Part shown: piece after piece, positions 8,916-16,543 of the stretch
How positions within the stretch are numbered: the first letter of the stretch is position 1
Layout of the letters: every line of letters begins with the position of its first letter
Origin: a virus
Taxonomy: Duplodnaviria; Caudoviricetes
Strand: one strand, 5' to 3'
Length of the DNA stretch: 32,124 bases
Virus record (IMG/VR): IMGVR_UViG_3300048574_000448
Span: 1-32,124 of that record
The notes under the pieces: generated by a model
Seen by the model: only the letters and a program-made list of their open reading frames with translations
What the model was told of the DNA's origin: nothing
Database searches by the model: none
Translations under genes and position numbers: made by a program

Positions 8916-10658
8916 CTACACAAATGGACTCTCAATCGAGTGAGTTTGTTTGATAACCTCTCTTGTCTCATCCAGTAGGCTTAGAATATCCTGAAACAGC
9001 TTGCTTCGGGTTTGCTGCAAGTTGCGGAGCTCCTCCAATTGAGTATCTACACTCTCTATATCGAGAGAAATGGAATTCGCAACAAATGTATCTGTTGCCT
9101 TATCATAATGCGTCTCGATGGCATGTGCGGCATTGTTAAACCCCACTCTTACTGTCGAACGACTTTCTCTTAGGTCACTCTCCAACCTATCCGCATCTAC
9201 GTCTTCTTTGATTTGCAACACAAATGTAAGAAGTGTTCCTGCTACAGCGAAAACGCGCCCAACGTTTGCTACAGCACGCGCCCACTTGACAGCTTCCCAA
9301 GGCTTGAAGGATTTCCCCAAGAGGTCGCCAATGGTCTTCACAGTACTATGCGTTGCCGTACCTGAATATTGGTTGAGCTTAAAAAGACCTCCAAGAGTTC
9401 CCGCTTTTGGCGAGAAGGAATTCCTGACTAGGAACTCCCCCAGTTTAGAAGTGATACTTGACGCATTCTTAAGGTTCTTCATTGTTTCATTTGAAATAGA
9501 CACTTGTTCAATTCGATGAATGAGGCGAGGAAGCAATTCCTTGGCAAGCTCACTATTGGCAATATCTCCAACACGATCATCGAGTGCTTTCATGTGCTTT
9601 CCAATCGCAACTTGAACAGCTTCTTCAAGTTTCTCGGCAATCTCTTGAACACGATCTTGGGCAGCTTGCAGCTTCTGATCTACAGCCTTCTGGTCAGCGG
9701 AGCCATTGATCATGTCTGCGATTACTCGACCCTCTTGACGGATTCGGGAACTCGCGCTTTGAATCTCTGCTTCCATGGCCCGTAGTATACGATCTTGTGT
9801 GTCCATAAGTGCGCGACGACGCTGCAGAAGCAGTTCTTCGAGGGCGTCAATATCTTTATCGCCTGTGGACTCGCATGTGAGTGCTTCTTGGAGAGTCTGC
9901 TCAAGTTTGTAAAGCGCCGTTGTATATCGAGAAGATAACCCCTTTTCTCTGACGAAATTGTTCAGTTCATGAGTGAACTCGTCGAAACCGCTTTTCTCAA
10001 GCAATTTCTTTGCTACTTCTTCATCTGCCTCTACTCTGCTATCGAGCGCAGCCTCAGCGTCGATGAAAGTGATACGAAGACTTTCAGGGGTGAAAGGAGC
10101 GAGCACTTTGCGAAGGTCCTCACGAATGACACTCCGTGCATCCAGGCTGTTTCCATTAGCGCACCTTCGCATCTTGTTAACAATAAGCATCATTTCATGT
10201 GCTTTGTCGCGTTCTATAGCAAGACTACGAAAATGCTTTGCAAGGTGAGAGTCAAATATCTCATTAGTTACAACAAAGACAAGTAGATCGGCATCTGCAA
10301 TTGCTCTGTATGTGATCTCGTCATGATCTGGTCTTAGTTTTGTGTGGACGCCAGGTGTGTCGACAACAGTAATTCCTTCCCAATTATAGGTGTGCGTTTT
10401 CTCCGTTGTAATACCTGCGCCGATTGCTATAGCCTGATGCCCAGTTAGAGCTTTTATAATGCTGGATTTCCCCGCGCTGTATTGACCTGCAAAAACGAGA
10501 TACACGCTTCTATCAGTTGCCAATATCTCTGAAGGAACCCTCTCGGCAAGCATCTGCATCTTCTCATTGGGTGCGGTCATTAAGCACTGTCTTGAGCGGA
10601 GAAGAAGATCATTACCGGTAGTTGCCAATCGGTGTAGTTCGAAGATTTCAGCAGCCAT
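8916..10658 (-). CDS. Dynamin-like GTPase (LeoA/HP0731-like)
   Basis: 580 aa. G1 GQYSAGKS, G2 T (GITT), G3 DTPG, atypical G4 NKMR. Long helical stalk and hydrophobic segment VFAVAGTLLTFVL. GGGAGGTG RBS. Confidence 0.82.
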   Translation of the reverse strand: MAAEIFELHRLATTGNDLLLRSRQCLMTAPNEKMQMLAERVPSEILATDRSVYLVFAGQYSAGKSSIIKALTGHQAIAIGAGITTEKTHTYNWEGITVVDTPGVHTKLRPDHDEITYRAIADADLLVFVVTNEIFDSHLAKHFRSLAIERDKAHEMMLIVNKMRRCANGNSLDARSVIREDLRKVLAPFTPESLRITFIDAEAALDSRVEADEEVAKKLLEKSGFDEFTHELNNFVREKGLSSRYTTALYKLEQTLQEALTCESTGDKDIDALEELLLQRRRALMDTQDRILRAMEAEIQSASSRIRQEGRVIADMINGSADQKAVDQKLQAAQDRVQEIAEKLEEAVQVAIGKHMKALDDRVGDIANSELAKELLPRLIHRIEQVSISNETMKNLKNASSITSKLGEFLVRNSFSPKAGTLGGLFKLNQYSGTATHSTVKTIGDLLGKSFKPWEAVKWARAVANVGRVFAVAGTLLTFVLQIKEDVDADRLESDLRESRSTVRVGFNNAAHAIETHYDKATDTFVANSISLDIESVDTQLEELRNLQQTRSKLFQDILSLLDETREVIKQTHSIESPFV

Positions 10659-10674
10659 AACACCTCCCTATCTT

Positions 10675-12786
10675 TTATCTCATTATGTGTAAGCCGGTAA
10701 GCTGTTGTGCTAGCCTAACTCGAGCTTTCGTTACGGTATCAAGGTCATCCAGAGGAATATGTGCAACGCGTATTCTCTCTTCTATATGGATTTCACTCTT
10801 TTCACAGTTTCGACCGATCGCCTGTGAAAGAATGGAAAAGGAGTTCTTCGTATCGATAACAAACCAGATTTTCTCACATAGAAGCTTCTCAAGCTGGCTT
10901 CGAATATGTCCAGAAAATGTGAAGTGGGGTTGAATCAGGAACATTGTAGCAAACCCAGGGACCCTGGCTACATCGGAGATTGAATCAAGTAGGCTCAAAG
11001 CCCCAAGTTGGCTTAATGCCTCTTCTACAAGAGAATGCCCAAGCTTCTTCTGTCGATCGTTCAGAGCCCAAGCAAGAGCTCGTTGAGCATCAGCAAGCTT
11101 AAACAGCCCAGATGTGACTGTTCCCAAATCATCTAGGAGAACATATACCTGTTTTCGTAACAGCTCATTATCGAACCAGTCATTTATATTCTTCCTTAGG
11201 TCCCGTTCCATTTTGTTGATGTTATCAACAAGCCGCTCGCTTAGCGTTGCTCGGGCTCTCCGAACCTTCTCCTCTCGATCGTCGAAGAACAGCGAGATAA
11301 GCCAGCCGACTGAAGCAACAGCTGCAGCAGCCCAGCCAAGCGGACCACTTCCAAGGATGAGCGCTGCAATACCCAAGCCCCCACTAATAATGCTCGTTCC
11401 CCAGCTCCATACACGTTTCGTATTGAAGATACTATCCATTTTGATGTCTCGGTCACTGGAAAGATCCGCAACAAGGCTAAGCTCGGATTTCAATTCACGT
11501 GCGATCTCACTAAGAGCGATAGTGCATTCATTGAGAAGCTCCTTCTGAAGCTTTTCGACATTTCGAATCACGTTATGTGATTCTACCAGCTTTCTCCATT
11601 TATCGCCAGCCGCACGATCCTCGTAATGGTTTTCAGCGAACGAGGGCACTTCGTCACGGAGTGAGTCCATAACTTTAGAAACCACAGTATTAATTCTCTC
11701 ATGGCCAATGGATTTGAAGTCTCGCGCCCATTCTCGGATCTGTCTTTCTTTATCTACTAACACCCGCCCGCTGCTGGAATTTTGAGCGCTAAACCCTAAA
11801 AGGAGATCGGAAAGATCCAACATAGGGGTAACTGACCCATCGATGAAACTCTTCACTCTTAAAAAGGTGCCACGATTAACTACTTCATTGACAATGTGGG
11901 ATTCAACACTATTAAAGCAGCTTGCCTTGAGCAGTTGATCTCGATGCTTTTCAAACCCAGGCTGATATGCAAGAAAACGAGCTCGGAGATGAGTAACCTC
12001 GAAAGGTATCCATTTACCAGGTATATACTGATCAGCAAGGAGATGAAATTGCTGAATCAGCTGCTTTATACGGTACTGGTCAAAGTGACGGTAAGGGTTT
12101 CGTAGAAAAAGCAGTAGGTCATCTTCAGCATCTACGGCAATCTTGACGTTGCATACTCCTAACACAGGTTTTCCTAAGCGACGAACTTGTGCTAAGCACT
12201 CTGCTTCAACCGGCTGGGGAGCATCATCAGTTATTAGAAATAGAACTAAATCGGCTTGGGCTGCAGCTTTAAATGCGAGTTCTTCATCATCTGCGCCTTC
12301 AAAAGCCGCGACACCTGGCACATCTGTTACTTCTAGCCCTTTCCACTGGTAACCCCGAACATCCCGCGTGGTTCTTTGCGAACCTGTGCCGATAGATTTT
12401 CCGTTTCCCTCTGTCAGAATCTCCATAAGGGTTGATTTTCCCGCCATCGTGCGACCAAAGAGGGTAACGGAGAAACTGTCCAAGTGCTTTCGTCGCTCCT
12501 TAAGAGTCAGAGAAGACGTCTTTTGTAGCTCATCAAGTTCAGCAACTACACCAGATAGCTGTGCTTCAAGCTGTGTTACTATTCCTGGGGTGCGCACTGA
12601 CCCCTTTCCAAGCGACTTCAAGCAGTTGGATAGTGACTCAGAAACCCCATTAATAGCCTTGGCGGTTTCCACAAGGTTCTCTTTTGCTATTGCGTAACCA
12701 TGGCGTGCAGCTTTACGACATCTACTGAGTGCTTCCTCAAGTTCTATGCTTGACTCAACATCATTCTGAACCATATCGGTTTTCAT
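10675..12786 (-). CDS. Dynamin-like GTPase, second member of the pair
   Basis: ~700 aa (start could be 12807, 12786 or 12774). G1 GRTMAGKS, G2 RTT, G3 DVPG, atypical G4 NVK. Gly/Ala-rich hydrophobic paddle IISGGLGIAALILGSGPLGWAAAAVASVGWLISLFF. Confidence 0.82.
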   Translation of the reverse strand: MKTDMVQNDVESSIELEEALSRCRKAARHGYAIAKENLVETAKAINGVSESLSNCLKSLGKGSVRTPGIVTQLEAQLSGVVAELDELQKTSSLTLKERRKHLDSFSVTLFGRTMAGKSTLMEILTEGNGKSIGTGSQRTTRDVRGYQWKGLEVTDVPGVAAFEGADDEELAFKAAAQADLVLFLITDDAPQPVEAECLAQVRRLGKPVLGVCNVKIAVDAEDDLLLFLRNPYRHFDQYRIKQLIQQFHLLADQYIPGKWIPFEVTHLRARFLAYQPGFEKHRDQLLKASCFNSVESHIVNEVVNRGTFLRVKSFIDGSVTPMLDLSDLLLGFSAQNSSSGRVLVDKERQIREWARDFKSIGHERINTVVSKVMDSLRDEVPSFAENHYEDRAAGDKWRKLVESHNVIRNVEKLQKELLNECTIALSEIARELKSELSLVADLSSDRDIKMDSIFNTKRVWSWGTSIISGGLGIAALILGSGPLGWAAAAVASVGWLISLFFDDREEKVRRARATLSERLVDNINKMERDLRKNINDWFDNELLRKQVYVLLDDLGTVTSGLFKLADAQRALAWALNDRQKKLGHSLVEEALSQLGALSLLDSISDVARVPGFATMFLIQPHFTFSGHIRSQLEKLLCEKIWFVIDTKNSFSILSQAIGRNCEKSEIHIEERIRVAHIPLDDLDTVTKARVRLAQQLTGLHIMR

Positions 12787-12864
12787 CCTTCGTTCTGGAT
12801 GTGGCAATTATGGATATCATCCAGAACTGAGATCACCCAGCCGAAATGGCACTGGGTTCCGATC

Positions 12865-12966
12865 TCAGATCTGAGCATCCTGCTGTTCTGAGTCAGATGA
12901 TTCATGTTCTTCGATCATAATATTTGAATCGTTCTCGCTGCGCTTCTCCTTTGTGACTCTATCCAT
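12865..12966 (-). pseudogene. 33-codon ORF, possible Vsr endonuclease N-terminal remnant
   Basis: MDRVTKEKRSENDSNIMIEEHESSDSEQQDAQI*, with AGGTG RBS overlapping the upstream stop. The first ~16 aa resemble the Vsr start consensus MD..t.e.RS.nMs.I. Confidence 0.3.
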
Positions 12967-12975
12967 TGATCGCAC

Positions 12976-13782
12976 CTACTTAATTACCACTTCTACAGGT
13001 GGCAACTTGTGGTACATCCATGAAGAGGGATGATATGTTCGGACAACTCGACAATTGTCAAGAATGCTGTCTTGTGATTCTTTTGATCTCAGAAAATAAC
13101 TATCGATATTGCTGGATAAATTCGCGGTGCAAGCATTGATTATAAGTCTTGGCTTATATTCTCTCAGACGATCCTTGAAGTATCTCTGCACAATGAGATC
13201 CTCACCGTCCTTATAATTCCACAGGCATTTCCATACGCGATTTCTCACACTTTTTTTCAGTTCCTCGGAATAATACCGTGCCAGCGATGCCTGCCACTGG
13301 ATAGGGTTGGCTAGAATTATCGAGTATGTGGAAGCGAGTTTATGGGTGACTTTGAGTTGCTTCCAGGCTTCATTGATAACATCAGGAAGGCGTTTTCTAA
13401 ACCGTGTTCCTGTATCGCCTTGTGCCGGAGCTATAGGTTTAAAACGGGAATCATCCCTTGTGTACTCGTCTCGATGGGGGGATTCGAGCAAAACAACGAT
13501 AGTTGGGTGTTCCGCACGAATTGCCTGACGATCAGCAAATGCTGAACACTCGATATCAAGAGGGTCGGAGAGATCATTCACTATCACGGGTTGGTCGCTT
13601 TTCCTTGGTATTGTGATGTTGTACCGCCACACATCGGGAACTACTTTGCAGCCTAGGAACATATTAGATCGCATGAATGCATCTGTATTGGGCCTATCAA
13701 GTTTGGCAGATATTGCTTTTAAATCTTTACCTTGGATTACATTATGTACTAAAAGACAGGGGCTTTGTGGATTATCAGTCAT
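12976..13782 (-). CDS. Uracil-DNA-glycosylase-superfamily-like protein
   Basis: 268 aa. Motif A-like IVVLLESPHRDEY, PAQGDTG, ILANPIQ, PRLIINAC and motif B-like YHPSSW occur in UDG order. GGAG RBS; 14 bp downstream of hsdS. Confidence 0.6.
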   Translation of the reverse strand: MTDNPQSPCLLVHNVIQGKDLKAISAKLDRPNTDAFMRSNMFLGCKVVPDVWRYNITIPRKSDQPVIVNDLSDPLDIECSAFADRQAIRAEHPTIVVLLESPHRDEYTRDDSRFKPIAPAQGDTGTRFRKRLPDVINEAWKQLKVTHKLASTYSIILANPIQWQASLARYYSEELKKSVRNRVWKCLWNYKDGEDLIVQRYFKDRLREYKPRLIINACTANLSSNIDSYFLRSKESQDSILDNCRVVRTYHPSSWMYHKLPPVEVVIK

Positions 13783-13796
13783 TATCTACTCCATTT

Positions 13797-15122
13797 CTAT
13801 GTTGCTTGCCTTGCTTCCCCCACCAGCCCATGTACGATGGCTGATTTGAGGGCGTTAGCCAGGTTCCGGCTTTTTTGCAACGCACGTTCCATTTCATCGC
13901 ATTGGGCAAGGAGTTGCCTGGCTTTATCTACAATGCGGTGTTGCTCCGGAAGAGGGGGGAGAGCAAAAATAGTGTCCTCGATATAGCTTGTTGGAACCCG
14001 TTTCTGCCCTGCAGAGCCCGTCATCACGACCTCTCCAGCATTGATAAACTTCTGCCTCTTAACAAAGAGCAGGAAGAAAACGGGCAAGTTCCCAGATAAC
14101 GGTCTGAGCACATGTAGCTCTGTAGTGCCAGCTCCAAATCCATTAGGAAGATTTCTAACGATAGCCGACTTCCCATTCTCAAAACAAGGCGTGATTTTTG
14201 CAACCACGACATCATCATCTTGGAAGTGAGTGAAGCTCCCCTTAATCTCGCCCCATACTCGTTCATCAAATCTTACAGACTCCGATAAAGCCACAGGAAG
14301 ATATGGCATTGGCATGAAACCGCAGGTCATCTCCGTAGGTCGCTTGTTCCTCGGATTGACAATAACTGCCTCCCCCAACCTGCACCACTCCCAGCCCTGA
14401 GGTAATTCGAAGGGAACCTCGTCCGGATCGATCGGCGGCAGGGGTTTCTCCTTCCTGAGGGTTCCCTCTTTGACCATTTTGGCTTTCTCGGCTCTGATCC
14501 TTTTCAGCAGTTCGGATGCCGGTTCGTCGTTCGGGTTCTGGGGTACCAGCTTGCCCGATACCGCATCCTGCAGAATGGCCTGGCGAAGCGAAATTAGTAG
14601 TGAGCCGGCTGAAGCGGTCTCGTGATCGAATTCAGCGGTTTCCCGGCTGATTCTACTATGTTTTTCGGCGATAACCTGCTGCTCCGAGACAGAGGGAAGT
14701 GGGATCGAATAACTCAGAAAATCGGCAGGGCGAATAGCAGCATAGTTCGTGCTGCCAACTGAACGAATTTGGTCTTGAATGATCTCGGTCTTGAGAAGAA
14801 TCTCGAAGTATTCCTGCCTGATCTTCAATGGCTCCAGCTCGAAAAGAAAATAGTGGCCGCTAACGATTGCACCTTCCAACTCGTCAGGAACGAAGCCGTA
14901 CCCCCCAACCTTCGCATCGATTTCCGCGACAAGCAAATCCCCGGCTTTGCAGACCTGTTGCTTCTTGGTTTTGATCTCCAGTCCCTTCGTCAGGGAGCGC
15001 AAGACAACGCCTTTGCGGTTGGTTTGAACACGGCAGAGCTTGTATTCGGTATCATCATCGATGATGATGAATTCCTTTCTCTGCTTCAGCACAGAAGCCA
15101 GGCTGACGACCGGAAAGCTCAT
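13797..15122 (-). CDS. hsdS: Type I R-M specificity subunit
   Basis: Two TRDs. Conserved segments IPLPSVSEQ, LRQAILQDAVSGKLVPQNPNDEPASELL, PFELPQGWEWCRLG, LPPLPEQHRIV. Overlaps the hsdM stop. Confidence 0.95.
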   Translation of the reverse strand: MSFPVVSLASVLKQRKEFIIIDDDTEYKLCRVQTNRKGVVLRSLTKGLEIKTKKQQVCKAGDLLVAEIDAKVGGYGFVPDELEGAIVSGHYFLFELEPLKIRQEYFEILLKTEIIQDQIRSVGSTNYAAIRPADFLSYSIPLPSVSEQQVIAEKHSRISRETAEFDHETASAGSLLISLRQAILQDAVSGKLVPQNPNDEPASELLKRIRAEKAKMVKEGTLRKEKPLPPIDPDEVPFELPQGWEWCRLGEAVIVNPRNKRPTEMTCGFMPMPYLPVALSESVRFDERVWGEIKGSFTHFQDDDVVVAKITPCFENGKSAIVRNLPNGFGAGTTELHVLRPLSGNLPVFFLLFVKRQKFINAGEVVMTGSAGQKRVPTSYIEDTIFALPPLPEQHRIVDKARQLLAQCDEMERALQKSRNLANALKSAIVHGLVGEARQAT

Positions 15123-16531
15123 AGTTCCCTTTTGATGTTGCCCAGTGCGATGTGGGCTTTTTCGAGGGCCGTTTCCAGCATGGCGATCAGTTGTTCGGGC
15201 GATTTTTCGGTGACGGAAGCGCTACCGGCGGGGTTCTTGATATCCAGATCGTAGTTTCGCTCTTTAATCCGCTCTGCACTCACTTTCCAGGCGTACTCAT
15301 TTTCGATGCGATGATCCCACCATGCTTTCAGCGGGGCGAAATCCTCGTTGCGGATCGGCTTGGTCTTGGTGTATTTTTTATAGCCCTCGGGCAGGGGTAG
15401 TTCGTAGAACCACACTTCCTGTGTGGGTTTGCCTTTGCTGAAAAACAGCAGGTTGGTATTGATATCGGTGTAGGGCGAGAATACTCCTTTGGGTAGCCGC
15501 ACCACGGTATCCAGATCGAACTCGGCCAGCAGCTTCTCTTTGATGCGGGTTTTCACACCCTCGCCGAACAGGAAGCCGTCGGGAAGCACGATGCCGCACC
15601 GACCCCGATCCCTGAGCAGGTGCATGATCAGCACCAGGAAAAGGTCGGCCGTTTCCTTGGTGGTGAAACTCGCCGGCACATTACTCTGTACCCCGTCTTC
15701 CTCAACTCCGCCGAAAGGTGGGTTGGTCATCACGATGTCCACCCGTTCACCAAGCTTGTAATCTCGGACATTGCGGGAAAGGGAATTCCCGCGCCGGATG
15801 CCGGGCTTGTCGATATCGTGCAGAATCAGGTTGGTCATGGCCAGGAGATGCGGCAGGGGCTTTTTCTCGATGCCGGAAAGCCGTTCCTGGAGCAGGGCAA
15901 GGTCTTTTCCTTCCTTCGCCTGGTTTTTCAGGTGCTCCAGGGCGCAAACCAGAAATCCGCCGGTGCCGCAAGCCGGGTCGAGCACCTTCTCGCCCAGTTT
16001 GGGATCGATCATATCCACAATGAACTGAGTAACCGGCCGGGGCGTATAGAATTCGCCTGCATTCCCTGCGCTCTGCAGATCCCGCAGGATGCCTTCGTAG
16101 ATATCGTTGAACATGTGCCGGTCTTGCCTGCGGTTGAAATCGATGCCATTGAGCGCATTCACCACCTGGCGAATCAGCACACCGGATTTCATGTAATTGT
16201 AGGAATCCTCGAATACGCTCCGGACGATCTGTTTGCGGGTATCGCCATCGTCGGGCAGGTCTTTCAACTCCGTGAATAGGCGATTGTTGATAAAGTCACG
16301 CAGTTCGTCGCCGGTCATCCCTTCATCGTTTGCGGCCCAATCCCGCCAACGGAGACCCTCGGGGATGACTCTCCGATAGTTGCCATCCAAACTCCAGTCC
16401 TCTTCCTTGGCATCGAATACCTTCAGGAAGATCATCCAGACCATTTGGGAGATTCGCTGGGCGTCTCCGTCCACGCCCTCGTCTTTGCGCATGATGTTCT
16501 GAACCGCTTTGACAATCGTTCCTATGGACAT
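15119..16531 (-). CDS. hsdM: Type I R-M N6-adenine methyltransferase
   Basis: GEFYTPR, motif I DPACGTGGFL, motif IV NPPF, VRLPKGVF. Confidence 0.97.
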   Translation of the reverse strand: MSIGTIVKAVQNIMRKDEGVDGDAQRISQMVWMIFLKVFDAKEEDWSLDGNYRRVIPEGLRWRDWAANDEGMTGDELRDFINNRLFTELKDLPDDGDTRKQIVRSVFEDSYNYMKSGVLIRQVVNALNGIDFNRRQDRHMFNDIYEGILRDLQSAGNAGEFYTPRPVTQFIVDMIDPKLGEKVLDPACGTGGFLVCALEHLKNQAKEGKDLALLQERLSGIEKKPLPHLLAMTNLILHDIDKPGIRRGNSLSRNVRDYKLGERVDIVMTNPPFGGVEEDGVQSNVPASFTTKETADLFLVLIMHLLRDRGRCGIVLPDGFLFGEGVKTRIKEKLLAEFDLDTVVRLPKGVFSPYTDINTNLLFFSKGKPTQEVWFYELPLPEGYKKYTKTKPIRNEDFAPLKAWWDHRIENEYAWKVSAERIKERNYDLDIKNPAGSASVTEKSPEQLIAMLETALEKAHIALGNIKREL

Positions 16532-16543
16532 TTCATCCTCTAT

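Noticed and set aside
13797-15122. Phase-variable or invertible hsdS locus
   Set aside because: Only one hsdS; no silent TRD copy, recombinase, flanking inverted repeats or simple-sequence tract seen.
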